A DNA stretch of 41,791 bases from Bacteroidia bacterium (GCA_047636795.1 JBLIGB010000001.1:1-41791); one strand, 5' to 3'; counted from the first letter of the stretch, positions 26,720 through 38,275 are shown. The notes: generated by a model from the letters alone, not told the origin. Numbers and translations are program-made.

Positions 26720-29700
26720 ATGAGAAAAATTTATTTCCTCGTCTTCCTTTTACTTTCTGTGGGATCTTCAGGAAACGCTTTAGCCCAATGTGGAACTACG
26801 CCAATTACAGGAGATCTTATTATTTCAGCAAATACGTCATTAACAGGAACGTACAACGTTTCAGGAATTTTTAGGGTTGAAGCTGGAGTTACAGTTACCG
26901 TTACTCCGTTTTCCTCTGGGGGATGCGGAGAGCTAATAATTAACGCTGCTACGGTAGAAGTTTTTGGCGGTATTATCGCGGACGGAGCAGGTTTTCTAGG
27001 AGGTGTGGGAGGTTCTGGCGGTACAACTGGTAATAATGTAGGCGCCCTCACGGGATGCGTTAACAAGGATAATTGCATTGTAATTGACGTTAATGGAGGT
27101 GCTGCAGGTGGAGCCGGAAATGGGCCAGGAGCTGGTATTGCTGGAAACAGTGGTTCGCTAGGATTGGGACCAAAGCAAGTGTGTGAAAATTTTGGTGATG
27201 AGTATGGATTTGTGCCAGGAGCTGGTGGTGCTGGTGGTGCTGCAGGAGGAAGTTATGGAGGCTCGGCCAACCAAGGAGGCGTTGGAGGAAACGGATCTGC
27301 CTACAACTCTGGAAACTTTTCTGGTATGGACTTGGCCGGATGTGCGAGTCCAATAGCAGGTAGTGGTGGTACTGGTGGAGTAATTGGTGGAACCTATGGT
27401 ACCATAACAGGAACTGACATTGACTTGGGTTCTGCTGGTGCTGGTAGTGGTGGTGGTGGAAAAAGCGCATCTAATGGTGCCAATGGTGCCAATGGCGGTG
27501 CTGGTGGAGGTTTGGTTGAGCTGCGCGCAACCGGGGATTTGACTGTGTCTGGAAATATTTCCGTAAACGGTCAGACAGGAGGTGTTGGTGGAAACGGAGG
27601 AAACGGTGGTACTACAGGTGGGTGTTGTGATGATACTTGTAATGAGTGCGGAGAACGCACGTACTCTTCAGGTGCTGGAGGTGGTGCTGGTGCTGGTGCT
27701 GGTTCTGGTGGTGGTATTTTTCTCAGAGCAACTGGAGTGTCTAACGTAACTGGTACACTCCGAAGTATTGGAGGGAATGGCGGGATAGGTGGAGTAGGTG
27801 GTACAGGTAGTACTGGCTGCACATACAGCAATTTCTTTTGCGGAAGTAACAGTGGAAATTCCAACGCAGGAACTGCAGGTAATTTAGGAGGTGCAGCATC
27901 AGGTGGACGAATCAAAATATTTCAAAACCCATGTCAATCCAATATAATTAGTGCCAGTATACTTATTGACGGAGGAGATGGATTTGGCGGTACGGCTGCT
28001 GATGGTACCTATCATTTAGGGGACATTGCAAATATTGTTGCTCCAACATTAACTTTTTCTTCAGATAGTGTAAGCTGTTTCGGATTGGTCGATGGTGCGG
28101 CAACTGTTGTGGTTAGTGGAGGGACAGCTCCGTTTACATATTCTTGGGATGACCCATCTACTCAAACTACCCCTACGGCTTCAGGCCTTCCAGGGGGGGT
28201 CTATGAGATAACCGTTACAGATGCAAGCCTTTGTTCGGTTACAGAAACGATTATTGTACCCCAGCCGGATACATTAACGGCTCAGGTATTCGGATTTCCT
28301 ATTGATGTTGATTGTTTCGGGTCGTCTACCGCTGAAGCATCTGTAATGGGATTGGGAGGAACCGAACCGTACAGTTATCTATGGAACGATCCAAGCATTC
28401 AGAATACGGATGTGGCAACCAACCTTCCTGCTGGATCTTGGGTAGCTGAGGTTACTGATGCAAATGGTTGTGTTGCAACGGATACTGCTGTTATAGGTGT
28501 AGGTACTCCATTTGCAGCTTTTGTCACTATCGATCAAGGTGTTTCTTGTTTTGGCGATGATGATGGACAAGCAACAGTTACGGCAAATGGTACTGGTTTA
28601 ACATATTCTTGGAATGACCCCTTACTGCAGGCAACAGCAACGGCATCTAACCTTCCTGGGGGAACTTGGAACGTGACGGTGTCATCTTCTCAAACATGTG
28701 ACACAACGATTGCCGTTACTATTGCCGAACCAGATTCGCTGGTTTTAATTGCAGTTGAAAACCAACAGGTCTCTTGTAATGGAGGTAGTAATGGAATTGC
28801 AGTGGTTGGACAGCTAGGCGGAACACCAGGGTTCACATATTTGTGGGATGACCCAAGTCCTCAATCAACAGCCGCTGCATCAGGTTTGGCTGCTGGCCTA
28901 TATAATGTTGTAGTCACGGACGCTAATCTTTGCGCTGGAACTGCACAAGTGGAAATTACTGAGGCTGCTGCCCTTTCTATTGCCGTTGATATTGATAGCG
29001 CTGGTTGCAATGGCGCAAGTGATGCACAGGTTAATGCCATCGTTTCTGGTGGAACAGATACCTACACGTACGAATGGAATCCAGGTGCAATTGCCGGAAA
29101 CCCATTAACGGGAATTTCTGTAGTTGGTGGTCCATACTCGCTTACCGTAACCGATGCTAATAACTGTACAGCAGAATTGCAGAACATTGTCCTTCAAGAA
29201 CCGCTTCCGGTAGTACTTGCGTTGGCTTCGGAACAAGACGTTACATGTAATGGTGCTTCTGACGGACAGGCTGACGTAAGCGTAGTTGGCGGTACAGCAC
29301 CATACACCTATTTGTGGGATGACCCAACTGCACAATCATCTGTGCTGGCCGTTGGACTTCCTCCCGGGATGTACTCGGTAGAAATAACGGATGCGAATGG
29401 TTGTACAGCACTATGGCAAAATGTGGAGATTACAGAACCAGATTCACTACTTGCTACAGTTATTTCAAGCACTCCAACTACCTGTAGTTACTTGGAGGAT
29501 GGAATGGCGGAAGCTGAAGCTGTTGGCGGAACAACGCCCTACGACTATCTGTGGGATGATGCTAGCGGACAGGCGGGCAGCACTGCAATAGGACTTGGTG
29601 CAGGAGACTTCATAATTACAGTATCCGATGCTAACGGATGTACAGCGCAGGCAATAGCCACAATAGACCCACCAGCTACTGTTTTGAATGCGGACTTTAC

Positions 29701-30256
29701 CGTGAGCCCAGAAACAGGACAGCAGCCAATGAACATAGCGGTTACCAACCTTTCAGAAGGTGGAACGGCTTATGAGTGGATTTTCGGTGATGGCAATACG
29801 CTTACAACGTTTGATACTGCTTCTTTCGAATTTCTCTACGCAGATTCAGGAACATTCACATTGACCCTTGTTGCATATAATGATGTAACGGGATGTACAG
29901 ACACGATGATTCTGGAGAATGGAATTTATGTAGAGCCAACCTCCTTCATTCGTATTCCTAACGTAATTACACCAAACGGAGATGGAATTAATGACATGTT
30001 CCCCATTGATCCAGTTCAGAATAATTTCTTCCCGTTTGATATTAGAAATATTTACGATTTCAATGGTGAGATATACAATCGCTGGGGCCAGCTGGTCTAT
30101 AAATGGTCACAGCCACTTGCAGGTTGGGATGGTAGAACCACGAGCGGATTAGACTTGAACAACGGAACGTATTATTTCGTGATAACGGCTAACGGTGTAG
30201 ATGGGGATTCCGTTGCTGACTACGAGTTTAAAGGAGCCGTTACGCTTATTAAATAG
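26720..30256 (+). CDS. Secreted adhesin: Gly/Cys-rich predicted solenoid module, then 7 SprB-type repeats, one PKD-like domain, and a T9SS type-B (CHU_C) C-terminal sorting domain
   Basis: Signal peptide MRKIYFLVFLLLSVGSSGNALAQ (ATG at 26720 preferred to the TTG at 26681). SprB-type repeats follow the pattern C.G..DG......GG..P(Y/F).Y.WD(D/P)...Q. The CTD reads IPNVITPNGDGINDMF...YNRWGQLVY...WDG....G....GTYY. Confidence 0.85.
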   Translation: MRKIYFLVFLLLSVGSSGNALAQCGTTPITGDLIISANTSLTGTYNVSGIFRVEAGVTVTVTPFSSGGCGELIINAATVEVFGGIIADGAGFLGGVGGSGGTTGNNVGALTGCVNKDNCIVIDVNGGAAGGAGNGPGAGIAGNSGSLGLGPKQVCENFGDEYGFVPGAGGAGGAAGGSYGGSANQGGVGGNGSAYNSGNFSGMDLAGCASPIAGSGGTGGVIGGTYGTITGTDIDLGSAGAGSGGGGKSASNGANGANGGAGGGLVELRATGDLTVSGNISVNGQTGGVGGNGGNGGTTGGCCDDTCNECGERTYSSGAGGGAGAGAGSGGGIFLRATGVSNVTGTLRSIGGNGGIGGVGGTGSTGCTYSNFFCGSNSGNSNAGTAGNLGGAASGGRIKIFQNPCQSNIISASILIDGGDGFGGTAADGTYHLGDIANIVAPTLTFSSDSVSCFGLVDGAATVVVSGGTAPFTYSWDDPSTQTTPTASGLPGGVYEITVTDASLCSVTETIIVPQPDTLTAQVFGFPIDVDCFGSSTAEASVMGLGGTEPYSYLWNDPSIQNTDVATNLPAGSWVAEVTDANGCVATDTAVIGVGTPFAAFVTIDQGVSCFGDDDGQATVTANGTGLTYSWNDPLLQATATASNLPGGTWNVTVSSSQTCDTTIAVTIAEPDSLVLIAVENQQVSCNGGSNGIAVVGQLGGTPGFTYLWDDPSPQSTAAASGLAAGLYNVVVTDANLCAGTAQVEITEAAALSIAVDIDSAGCNGASDAQVNAIVSGGTDTYTYEWNPGAIAGNPLTGISVVGGPYSLTVTDANNCTAELQNIVLQEPLPVVLALASEQDVTCNGASDGQADVSVVGGTAPYTYLWDDPTAQSSVLAVGLPPGMYSVEITDANGCTALWQNVEITEPDSLLATVISSTPTTCSYLEDGMAEAEAVGGTTPYDYLWDDASGQAGSTAIGLGAGDFIITVSDANGCTAQAIATIDPPATVLNADFTVSPETGQQPMNIAVTNLSEGGTAYEWIFGDGNTLTTFDTASFEFLYADSGTFTLTLVAYNDVTGCTDTMILENGIYVEPTSFIRIPNVITPNGDGINDMFPIDPVQNNFFPFDIRNIYDFNGEIYNRWGQLVYKWSQPLAGWDGRTTSGLDLNNGTYYFVITANGVDGDSVADYEFKGAVTLIK

Positions 30257-30280
30257 GCGTGACCAAACACATAGATAAAG

Positions 30281-30305
30281 AGCCTCCTTCGGGAGGCTTT
30301 TTTTA
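30281..30305 (+). terminator. Rho-independent terminator of the adhesin gene
   Basis: agcctcc / ggaggct stem with a TTCG loop, followed by a U-tract (aaagagcctccttcgggaggcttttttta). Confidence 0.85.
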
Positions 30306-30365
30306 TTAACAATCCTACAGAAAGAGACTTGTGAGAAAAAGATTTTGGATTTAATCAATTAGCTC

Positions 30366-30395
30366 TTGTTTTTTCGCAACAAGTTCGTACTTTTG
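30366..30395 (+). promoter_or_regulatory. Candidate promoter of the rpsL-led ribosomal gene cluster: (c)TTG, 19-nt spacer, TACTTTTG
   Basis: Exact TAnnTTTG match at 30388-30395, 51 nt upstream of the rpsL ATG, with a TTG at 30366-30368. A 6-bp hairpin (CTTGTT/AACAAG, 30365-30383) sits in the spacer and another (CCCTTA/TAAGGG, 30400-30415) lies just downstream. Confidence 0.5.
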
Positions 30396-30446
30396 CCGAC
30401 CCTTAAATATAAGGGGATTGAACCAAAAATCAACGAAAGCCGCGCT

Positions 30447-30827
30447 ATGCCTACGATTCAGCAGCTTGTAAGGAAAGGAAGAAAGACGATTACTAATAAA
30501 AGTAAATCGGCTGCACTGGATTCCTGTCCACAACGAAGAGGTGTTTGTATTAGAGTTTATACAACCACTCCAAAGAAACCGAACTCAGCTATGAGAAAAG
30601 TAGCTAGGGTACGTCTTACCAATGGTAAAGAGGTTAACTCTTACATCGGTGGAGAAGGACACAACTTGCAAGAGCACTCAATTGTGTTGGTGAGAGGCGG
30701 TAGAGTTAAAGATCTTCCGGGTGTGAGATATCACATCGTAAGAGGAGCGCTTGACACTGCTGGCGTTGGTGATAGAATGCAAGGACGATCTAAATACGGG
30801 ACAAAGCGTCCTAAGGCAAAGAAATAA
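30447..30827 (+). CDS. rpsL: 30S ribosomal protein S12
   Basis: [13 protein letters not shown]...[29 protein letters not shown]. The ATG at 30447 is preferred to the listed upstream start. Confidence 0.97.
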   Translation: MPTIQQLVRKGRKTITNKSKSAALDSCPQRRGVCIRVYTTTPKKPNSAMRKVARVRLTNGKEVNSYIGGEGHNLQEHSIVLVRGGRVKDLPGVRYHIVRGALDTAGVGDRMQGRSKYGTKRPKAKK

Positions 30828-30840
30828 GAGTATATAGACA

Positions 30841-31314
30841 ATGAGAAAGTCGATACCCAAGAAAAGAGAACTTGTTCCAGATCCTAAATTTAAAGATACG
30901 TTGGTAACTCGTTTTGTCAATAGCTTAATGCTAGACGGTAAGAAGAGTGTTGCTCTTCAGGTTTTTTATGATGCAATTGAAATCGTAGAAGAAAAGTCTG
31001 GTGAGGATGAGAACGGATTGGATGTGTTCAAGAAATCACTGAACAATATCATGCCTCCAGTAGAGGTAAAGAGCCGTAGAGTAGGTGGTTCTACTTTTCA
31101 AATTCCAATTGAAGTACGACCAAAAAGAAAATTGGCATTGGGAATCACCTGGATGATTCTTTATGCTCGCAAGCGCAACGATAAGTCAATGGCTAGAAAG
31201 TTAGCTGCCGAAATCATTGCTGGTGCCAAGGAAGAAGGTGCTGCTTACAAGAAAAGAGAAGACACGCTAAGAATGGCGGAGGCAAACAAAGCCTTCTCTC
31301 ATTTTAGATTCTAA
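30841..31314 (+). CDS. rpsG: 30S ribosomal protein S7
   Basis: MRK...PDPKF.D.LV.RFVN.LM.DGKKS, in the conserved position after rpsL. Confidence 0.97.
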   Translation: MRKSIPKKRELVPDPKFKDTLVTRFVNSLMLDGKKSVALQVFYDAIEIVEEKSGEDENGLDVFKKSLNNIMPPVEVKSRRVGGSTFQIPIEVRPKRKLALGITWMILYARKRNDKSMARKLAAEIIAGAKEEGAAYKKREDTLRMAEANKAFSHFRF

Positions 31315-31332
31315 TCAGGTTTAGAAAAGAAG

Positions 31333-33438
31333 ATGGCTGACTTAAGATATACAAGGAACATTGGTATTGCTGCTCATATCGATGCAGGAAAAACGACTAC
31401 CACTGAACGTGTCCTTTATTATGCAGGAGTAAATCACAAAATTGGTGAAGTGCATGATGGCGCTGCAACCATGGATTGGATGGAGCAAGAGCAAGAGCGA
31501 GGTATAACAATCACTTCTGCTGCTACCACGTGCTTCTGGAAATACAAGGAACATGATTACAAGATTAATATCATTGATACACCAGGACACGTTGATTTCA
31601 CTGTAGAGGTAAATCGTTCATTACGTGTATTGGATGGTCTAGTATTTCTTTTTTCTGCAGTTGATGGTGTTGAGCCACAATCTGAAACAAACTGGAGACT
31701 AGCTGATAATTATAACGTAACTCGTCTTGGTTTTGTAAATAAGATGGATCGCTCTGGTGCTGACTTCTTAAAAGTTGTTGGTCAGGTACGTGAAATGTTA
31801 GGTGGTAATGCAGTTCCATTGCAATTACCGATTGGAGCAGAAGAGACTTTCAAAGGTGTAGTTGACCTTGTTTATAACCGTGCAATGGTTTGGAACGAAG
31901 ATGACCATGGAATGACATTTCAGGAAGTTCCTATTCCGGCCGATATGGTTGAGGAAGTTGCTGAATGGAGAGAGAAATTGTTGGAATCTGTTGCAGATTT
32001 CGATGATACCTTGATGGAAAAATATTTTGAAGATCCAGATTCGATTACCGAGAAAGAGGTGATTGCTGCTCTTCGAAAAGCATGTATTGCTAATAAGGTA
32101 ATACCAATGCTTTGTGGTTCAGCGTTTAAGAACAAGGGCGTTCAGACAATGCTTGACTATGTAATGGAGCTGATGCCAAGCCCGCTTGACATGAACAATA
32201 TTACTGGTACAGACCCAGATACTGAGGAAAAAATTTCTCGTAAACCAGATGCAAAGGAGCCTTTTGCTGCTTTGGCATTTAAGATTGCTACTGATCCGTT
32301 TGTTGGTCGTTTGTGTTTCTTTCGTGCCTATTCAGGCCGTTTAGATGCAGGTTCTTACGTATACAACATGCGTACTCTCAAGAAAGAGCGTATTTCACGT
32401 ATCTTCCAGATGCACGCAAACAAACAGAATTCAATTCCTTTTATTGAGGCTGGGGATATCGGTGCTGCGGTTGGTTTCAAAGACATCAAAACAGGAGATA
32501 CTCTTTGCGATCAAAAAAATCAGATTGTTCTAGAGTCAATGAATTTTCCGGAGCCTGTTATCGGTTTGGCAATTGAGCCAAAGACTCAGGCTGATATGGA
32601 TAAGCTAGGCGTAGGCCTAAATAAGTTGGCCGAAGAGGATCCAACCTTCGTAGTTCATACCGATGAAGATTCTGGTCAAACAGTTATCTCGGGAATGGGA
32701 GAGCTTCACTTGGAAATAATCATCGACCGATTGAGACGTGAATTTGGTGTCGAGGTTAATCAAGGGGCACCGCAGGTTACTTACAAGGAAGCAATTACGG
32801 AGACTATTCGTCATCGTGAGATTTATAAGAAACAATCTGGTGGTCGTGGTAAGTTTGCAGACATTCAGTTTGAACTCGGTCCAGTTGATGACGATTTTGT
32901 CGGAGACGGTCTACAGTTCGATAACAAGATAAGTGGTGGTAACATTCCAAGAGAATTTATTCCTTCGGTAGAGAAAGGATTTAAGATGGCCATGAATAAT
33001 GGTGTACTTGCAGGATTCAAAATGGACACCTTGAAGGTGACGTTGAAAGACGGGTCGTTTCACGCAGTCGATTCGGATGCTTTGTCGTTCGAGATTTGTG
33101 CTCAAATCGGTTATAAAGAATCTGTTAGGAAAGCGGGACCAGTTCTTCTTGAACCAATCATGAAAGTCGAAGTTGTTACCCCAGAGGAGAATATGGGAGA
33201 TGTGATGGGCGACCTCAACAGAAGAAGAGGTCAGATGCAGGGAATGGACAGCCGTGGTAACGCACAAGTTATAAAATGTCTTGTGCCACTTTCGGAAATG
33301 TTTGGTTATGTAACTCAGTTGAGGACTATCACTTCAGGTAGAGCAACATCTACAATGGAATTCGATCACTTCGCGCAATGTCCGAAAGGGGTTTCTGATG
33401 AGGTTATTGCAAGAGTCAAAGGAGAAAAAGTAAGCTAA
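31333..33438 (+). CDS. fusA: Elongation factor G
   Basis: [23 protein letters not shown] and [10 protein letters not shown]-domain motifs; 701 aa. Confidence 0.97.
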   Translation: MADLRYTRNIGIAAHIDAGKTTTTERVLYYAGVNHKIGEVHDGAATMDWMEQEQERGITITSAATTCFWKYKEHDYKINIIDTPGHVDFTVEVNRSLRVLDGLVFLFSAVDGVEPQSETNWRLADNYNVTRLGFVNKMDRSGADFLKVVGQVREMLGGNAVPLQLPIGAEETFKGVVDLVYNRAMVWNEDDHGMTFQEVPIPADMVEEVAEWREKLLESVADFDDTLMEKYFEDPDSITEKEVIAALRKACIANKVIPMLCGSAFKNKGVQTMLDYVMELMPSPLDMNNITGTDPDTEEKISRKPDAKEPFAALAFKIATDPFVGRLCFFRAYSGRLDAGSYVYNMRTLKKERISRIFQMHANKQNSIPFIEAGDIGAAVGFKDIKTGDTLCDQKNQIVLESMNFPEPVIGLAIEPKTQADMDKLGVGLNKLAEEDPTFVVHTDEDSGQTVISGMGELHLEIIIDRLRREFGVEVNQGAPQVTYKEAITETIRHREIYKKQSGGRGKFADIQFELGPVDDDFVGDGLQFDNKISGGNIPREFIPSVEKGFKMAMNNGVLAGFKMDTLKVTLKDGSFHAVDSDALSFEICAQIGYKESVRKAGPVLLEPIMKVEVVTPEENMGDVMGDLNRRRGQMQGMDSRGNAQVIKCLVPLSEMFGYVTQLRTITSGRATSTMEFDHFAQCPKGVSDEVIARVKGEKVS

Positions 33439-33459
33439 TTATAGGCTGATAAAACAATT

Positions 33460-33765
33460 ATGGCACAAAGAATCAGAATAAAGCTCAAGTCGTACGACCA
33501 TAACTTGGTTGATAAAAGCGCTGAGAAGATTGTTAAAACAGTGAAGTCCACTGGAGCGATTGTTAGCGGACCAATTCCACTTCCAACGCACAAGAAAATC
33601 TACACAGTTCTTCGCTCAACTCACGTCAATAAGAAATCGAGAGAGCAATTCCAATTCAGTTCTTATAAGAGACTGTTGGATATTTACAGCAGCACTGCAA
33701 AAACAGTTGATTCATTGATGAAACTGGAGTTGCCAAGTGGAGTTGAGGTAGAGATAAAAGTATAA
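33460..33765 (+). CDS. rpsJ: 30S ribosomal protein S10
   Basis: [14 protein letters not shown]...EKIV....[13 protein letters not shown]. Confidence 0.97.
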   Translation: MAQRIRIKLKSYDHNLVDKSAEKIVKTVKSTGAIVSGPIPLPTHKKIYTVLRSTHVNKKSREQFQFSSYKRLLDIYSSTAKTVDSLMKLELPSGVEVEIKV

Positions 33766-33796
33766 CGTTAATAGTTAACCAATTAATAGGTAGGTC

Positions 33797-34435
33797 ATGT
33801 CTGGACTTATAGGAAAGAAAATAGGAATGACAAGTCTCTTCAACGAAGCAGGCAAGAACATTCCGTGTACCGTTCTCGAGGTAGAACCTTGTACTGTTAC
33901 TCAGCTCAAAACTGATGAGACAGATGGCTACAATGCTGTTCAGTTAGGAACTGGGAGCCGTAGTGACAAGCGTACAACAGCTGCTTTGAAAGGACATTTC
34001 AAAAAAGCTAGTGCGGAGAATAAGCACAAGATGGTTGAATTTAGAACAACCCACGGATACACTCAATTTGGAGAGAATACTATTCTAGGAACAGAGCTTT
34101 CCGTTGCAGATGTTTTCGAAGAAGGAGAGTTTGTAGATGTAGTTGGAACGTCCAAAGGAAAAGGTTTCCAAGGCGTAGTTAAGCGTTACAACTTTAAAGG
34201 AGTTGGACAGGCTACCCACGGTCAGCACAACAGACAACGTCACCCAGGATCAATTGGTGCGGCATCTTATCCGGCAAGAGTATTTAAAGGAATGAGAATG
34301 GGCGGCCAAATGGGTGGAGACAGAGTAAAGCTTCAAAACCTACAGATACTCAAGGTTGATTCGGAAAAGAATCTACTGGTGGTTAGTGGTGCAGTACCAG
34401 GAGCAACAGGATCATACATTATTGTAGAGAAGTAA
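33797..34435 (+). CDS. rplC: 50S ribosomal protein L3
   Basis: [12 protein letters not shown] and [10 protein letters not shown] motifs. Confidence 0.97.
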   Translation: MSGLIGKKIGMTSLFNEAGKNIPCTVLEVEPCTVTQLKTDETDGYNAVQLGTGSRSDKRTTAALKGHFKKASAENKHKMVEFRTTHGYTQFGENTILGTELSVADVFEEGEFVDVVGTSKGKGFQGVVKRYNFKGVGQATHGQHNRQRHPGSIGAASYPARVFKGMRMGGQMGGDRVKLQNLQILKVDSEKNLLVVSGAVPGATGSYIIVEK

Positions 34436-34437
34436 TA

Positions 34438-35064
34438 ATGGAATTAGCAGTAGTAGATATAAAAGGCAAGGCAACTTCTAGAAAGGCGAAGTTGAGTAAG
34501 GATGTTTTTGGTGTTGAGCCAAACGAGCATGCCATTTACTTAGACGTAAAGCAATTTTTGGCTAATCAGCGTCAAGGAACATCTAAGACGAGAGAGCGTT
34601 CGGAAGTACGGGGTAGTCGGAGAAAAATAAGAAAACAGAAGGGTTCTGGTGGAGCTCGTTTCGGGGACATCAAGAATCCGTTGTTCAGAGGTGGTGGACG
34701 TGTATTCGGTCCACGACCAAAAGAGCATGGTTTCAAATTGAATAAGAAACTGAAGCAAGCAGCACGTAGGTCAGCTTTATCATTAATGGCAATTGAGAAA
34801 TCAATTACTGTTGTTGAAGACTTGAAATTTGATATCGTTAAGACTAAGACGTATGCTGATTTTTTGGATAATCTGAAGTTATCAGACAAAAAAACATTGC
34901 TAGTTACGAATGAGCTAGAAAAAAATGTATATTTGTCCTCCCGAAATTTAGGGGGCGCGAAAGTGATAACTGCCCTAGAACTAAACACTTACGGGATTTT
35001 AAACGCAAACAATCTTCTCCTTACGGAAAGTGCAATTGCGGTAATTGAGAAAAGTTTAAGCTAA
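34438..35064 (+). CDS. rplD: 50S ribosomal protein L4
   Basis: Operon position after rplC, plus the R.QKGSGGAR.G motif. Confidence 0.95.
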   Translation: MELAVVDIKGKATSRKAKLSKDVFGVEPNEHAIYLDVKQFLANQRQGTSKTRERSEVRGSRRKIRKQKGSGGARFGDIKNPLFRGGGRVFGPRPKEHGFKLNKKLKQAARRSALSLMAIEKSITVVEDLKFDIVKTKTYADFLDNLKLSDKKTLLVTNELEKNVYLSSRNLGGAKVITALELNTYGILNANNLLLTESAIAVIEKSLS

Positions 35065-35070
35065 GAAGCG

Positions 35071-35361
35071 ATGGAAGTTCTAGTTAAACCATTGATAACA
35101 GAGAAAATGACTGACTTAGGTGTTAAGTTGGGTCAGTATGGCTTTGTTGTTAATAGAAAAGCCAATAAGGTTGAGGTGAAGCAAGCTGTGGAAGCAATGT
35201 ATGGGGTTACTGTTCAATCAGTTAATACTATGGTTATTCCCGGTAAGAAGAGAAGCCGAAATACTAAGTCAAAGTTTATTGTTGGTAGAACTTCTGCAGT
35301 TAAGAAGGCCATCGTTACTCTGGCAGAAGGGGAAACCATTGATTTTTATAGCAATATTTAA
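35071..35361 (+). CDS. rplW: 50S ribosomal protein L23
   Basis: Operon position, and KP.ITEK......Y.F.V...ANK.EVK.AVE..Y.V.V..VNT. Confidence 0.95.
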   Translation: MEVLVKPLITEKMTDLGVKLGQYGFVVNRKANKVEVKQAVEAMYGVTVQSVNTMVIPGKKRSRNTKSKFIVGRTSAVKKAIVTLAEGETIDFYSNI

Positions 35362-35367
35362 GATATC

Positions 35368-36192
35368 ATGGCTGTAAGAAAATTAAAACCGACCACTCCA
35401 GGGCAACGACATAAGGTTGCTAGTACGTTTGAAACTGTTACTACCGATAGACCAGAAAAGTCATTGGTAAAAGGGCAGAGTAAATCTGGTGGACGTAATA
35501 ATACAGGTAAGATGACCATGCGCTACATTGGTGGTGGTCATAAACGAAAATATCGTGTTATTGATTTTAAACGTAATAAGGATGGAATTCCTGCAACGGT
35601 TAAAACAATTGAATACGACCCAAATCGTAACGCACGTATTGCTCTTCTTTTTTATGCTGATGGGGAAAAACGATACATTATCGCTCCAAAGGGAATAGAA
35701 GTGGGTCAGACTGTTGTTTCAGGAAAAGGCTCTGCACCGAATGTGGGAAATACGCTTTTGTTGAGTGAGGTTCCGATGGGTACAGTGGTTCACTGCCTTG
35801 AGCTAAAACCAGGACAAGGAGCTATTCTTACAAGAAGTGCTGGTTCTTACGCACAATTGATAGCGAGAGAAGGAAGATACGCCACACTGAAAATGCCCTC
35901 AGGTGAGGTGAGAATGATTCTCGTTACATGTAGAGCAACAATTGGAACAGTTTCAAACAGTGATTTCAGTTTGGAAGTTTCAGGTAAAGCAGGCCGTTCA
36001 AGATGGTTGGGTAGAAGACCACGTGTCCGTCCGGTAGTAATGAATCCAGTTGATCACCCAATGGGAGGTGGTGAAGGAAAATCATCAGGGGGTCATCCGA
36101 GATCTCGTACTGGTCTTCCAGCAAAAGGGTTCAAAACGCGAAGCAAAGTGAAAGCTTCAAGCAAGTATATAGTTGAAAAAAGAAAGAAGTAA
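35368..36192 (+). CDS. rplB: 50S ribosomal protein L2
   Basis: [15 protein letters not shown] and [12 protein letters not shown] motifs. Confidence 0.97.
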   Translation: MAVRKLKPTTPGQRHKVASTFETVTTDRPEKSLVKGQSKSGGRNNTGKMTMRYIGGGHKRKYRVIDFKRNKDGIPATVKTIEYDPNRNARIALLFYADGEKRYIIAPKGIEVGQTVVSGKGSAPNVGNTLLLSEVPMGTVVHCLELKPGQGAILTRSAGSYAQLIAREGRYATLKMPSGEVRMILVTCRATIGTVSNSDFSLEVSGKAGRSRWLGRRPRVRPVVMNPVDHPMGGGEGKSSGGHPRSRTGLPAKGFKTRSKVKASSKYIVEKRKK

Positions 36193-36199
36193 TTAGGTA

Positions 36200-36466
36200 A
36201 TGGCAAGATCACTCAAAAAAGGGCCTTTTATTGACTTCAAACTCGAAAAGCGAGCTTTGGAAGCCCAAGACAGCAGAAAAAAGACTGTAATCAAAACTTG
36301 GTCTAGAAGATCGGTTATCAGTCCAGACTTTGTAGGTCTAACCATTGCAGTGCACAACGGAAACAAGTTTATCCCTGTGTATGTAACAGAAAACATGGTA
36401 GGTCACAAGTTCGGTGAGTTTTCTCCAACTAGGACATACCGAGGACACGGACGAGGTAAGAAGTAA
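36200..36466 (+). CDS. rpsS: 30S ribosomal protein S19
   Basis: [11 protein letters not shown] and VHNG..F.PV.VTE.MVGHK.GEF.PTR motifs. Confidence 0.97.
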   Translation: MARSLKKGPFIDFKLEKRALEAQDSRKKTVIKTWSRRSVISPDFVGLTIAVHNGNKFIPVYVTENMVGHKFGEFSPTRTYRGHGRGKK

Positions 36467-36496
36467 TAAAGCTGATTCAGCTCCAAGCATAAAGCA

Positions 36497-36892
36497 ATGG
36501 GAAAGAGAAAAAGACTTATGGCAGACAAAATGAAGGAAGAGCGCAAGACGCAATACTTCGCTTCATTGAAAAATGTCCCAACGTCACCAAGAAAAATGCG
36601 GTTGGTTGCGGATATGGTTAGAGGAATGAATGTGGATAAAGCACTTTACGCCTTGAAACTTCATCCTAAGGAGGCTTCCGCAAGACTTGAAAAGTTGCTG
36701 CTTTCAGCACTTTCAAACTATGAGCAAAAGACTGATGGTACTGTTGATGCGACAAATCTTTTCGTGAAAGAGATTCAGGTTGATAGTGCGCGTTCATTGA
36801 AAAGATTGCAAACGGCCCCTCAAGGTAGAGCGCACAGAATTAGAAAAAGATCAAACCACGTAACACTTGTTTTAGACAGCAAGAACGATTAA
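36497..36892 (+). CDS. rplV: 50S ribosomal protein L22
   Basis: Operon position, and SPRK.RLVAD.VRG..V..AL..L motif. Confidence 0.95.
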   Translation: MGKRKRLMADKMKEERKTQYFASLKNVPTSPRKMRLVADMVRGMNVDKALYALKLHPKEASARLEKLLLSALSNYEQKTDGTVDATNLFVKEIQVDSARSLKRLQTAPQGRAHRIRKRSNHVTLVLDSKND

Positions 36893-36895
36893 CGC

Positions 36896-37609
36896 ATGGG
36901 ACAGAAGACAAATCCAATAGGTAACAGGCTAGGTATCATCAGAGGTTGGGATTCCAACTGGTATGGTGGAAAAGACACGGCCGCAAACATTGAAGGCGAT
37001 TATAAGATTCGTAAGTATCTACGTGCTCGTTTAGCTAAAGCCAGTATTTCAAAAATTATTGTTGAGCGAACGCTGAAGTTGATTACTGTAACTGTTAATA
37101 CAGCTCGTCCAGGTATTATCATCGGAAAAGGTGGTAGCGAAGTTGATAAGTTGAAAGAAGAGCTGAAGAAGATTACTGGTAAAGAAGTCCAGATTAACAT
37201 TTTTGAGATTAAAAGACCAGAGCTTGATGCTCGGTTGGTAGGAGAGAGTGTTGCACGTCAATTAGAAGGACGTATTTCTTTTAGAAGAGCAGTTAAGATG
37301 GCTGTTGCTTCAACCATGAGAATGGGAGCGGAAGGAATTAAAATCCAAGTTGGCGGACGGCTAGGAGGAGCAGAGATGGCTCGTAGTGAAATGTATAAGG
37401 ATGGTAGAATTCCATTGCACACTTTCAGAGCAGACATCGACTATGCAAACGTTGAGGCACACACGACCTATGGCCGTATTGGAATCAAAGTTTGGATCAT
37501 GCTCGGAGAGGTTTACGGCAAAAGAGATTTAGCTCCAAATGCAAATGTTCAGAGTAAGAAGCCTGCACGTTTAGCACGAAGAGACAGTCGAGACCGAGAC
37601 AGAAAGTAA
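36896..37609 (+). CDS. rpsC: 30S ribosomal protein S3
   Basis: [13 protein letters not shown]...W.S.W and a KH-domain motif GIIIGKGG. Confidence 0.97.
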   Translation: MGQKTNPIGNRLGIIRGWDSNWYGGKDTAANIEGDYKIRKYLRARLAKASISKIIVERTLKLITVTVNTARPGIIIGKGGSEVDKLKEELKKITGKEVQINIFEIKRPELDARLVGESVARQLEGRISFRRAVKMAVASTMRMGAEGIKIQVGGRLGGAEMARSEMYKDGRIPLHTFRADIDYANVEAHTTYGRIGIKVWIMLGEVYGKRDLAPNANVQSKKPARLARRDSRDRDRK

Positions 37610-37641
37610 TTATTAGGTAGAACAGGAATAACAAGTTAGTT

Positions 37642-38064
37642 ATGCTACAGCCAAAAAGGACGAAGTTCCGCAAAATGCACAAAATGCCAATGAAGGGGTT
37701 AGCCTATCGTGGCAGCCAGTTAGCCTTCGGTTCATTTGGTATCAAAGCAGAAGCGGGTGCATGGATAACCGCTCGTCAGATTGAATCTGCACGAGTTGCG
37801 GTAACTAGATTCATGAAGAGAGAAGGACAGGTTTGGATTAAGATTTTTCCAGACAAGCCAATTACTAAGAAACCAGCCGAGGTACGGATGGGTAAGGGTA
37901 AGGGTTCTCCAGAGTATTGGGTGGCGGTTGTTAAACCAGGTTGCGTAATGTTTGAAATTGAAGGAGTTGATATGGCAACTGCCAAAGAGGCCCTTCGATT
38001 AGCTTCGCAGAAACTACCTATTACCACAAAGTTTATTGTGAGAAGGGATTACATAGGCGCTTAA
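37642..38064 (+). CDS. rplP: 50S ribosomal protein L16
   Basis: [13 protein letters not shown]....G and [17 protein letters not shown] motifs. Confidence 0.97.
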   Translation: MLQPKRTKFRKMHKMPMKGLAYRGSQLAFGSFGIKAEAGAWITARQIESARVAVTRFMKREGQVWIKIFPDKPITKKPAEVRMGKGKGSPEYWVAVVKPGCVMFEIEGVDMATAKEALRLASQKLPITTKFIVRRDYIGA

Positions 38065-38077
38065 GAGTTATAGGATA

Positions 38078-38275
38078 ATGGAAAACGCAGTAATAAAGGA
38101 ATTGTCAAGCGAAGAGCTGGAGGACCGATTGGCCGAAGAGCGATTGAAGCTTACAAAATTGAAAATGAATCATGCGGTATCTCCTATCGAGAACCCGCAA
38201 GAACTAAAACATGCACGAAGATTAATCGCTAGGTTGATGACCGAGCGTACTTTGAGAAACGCAGTAGCAAGCTGA
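38078..38275 (+). CDS. rpmC: 50S ribosomal protein L29
   Basis: 65 aa in the operon position between rplP and rpsQ, with a typical L29 helical sequence. Confidence 0.92.
   Translation: MENAVIKELSSEELEDRLAEERLKLTKLKMNHAVSPIENPQELKHARRLIARLMTERTLRNAVAS

Noticed and set aside
26731-27915. Three antisense ORFs (115, 126 and 114 aa; His/Gln-rich or Pro-rich) opposite the Gly-rich module of the second adhesin.
   Set aside because: This is the same GGN-repeat artefact. They have no start context and low-complexity translations.
33439-33459. Absence of tuf between fusA and rpsJ, and no break between the str, S10 and spc operons.
   Set aside because: This is the normal Bacteroidota arrangement, with tuf located elsewhere near secE-nusG. 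It is not a deletion or anomaly.
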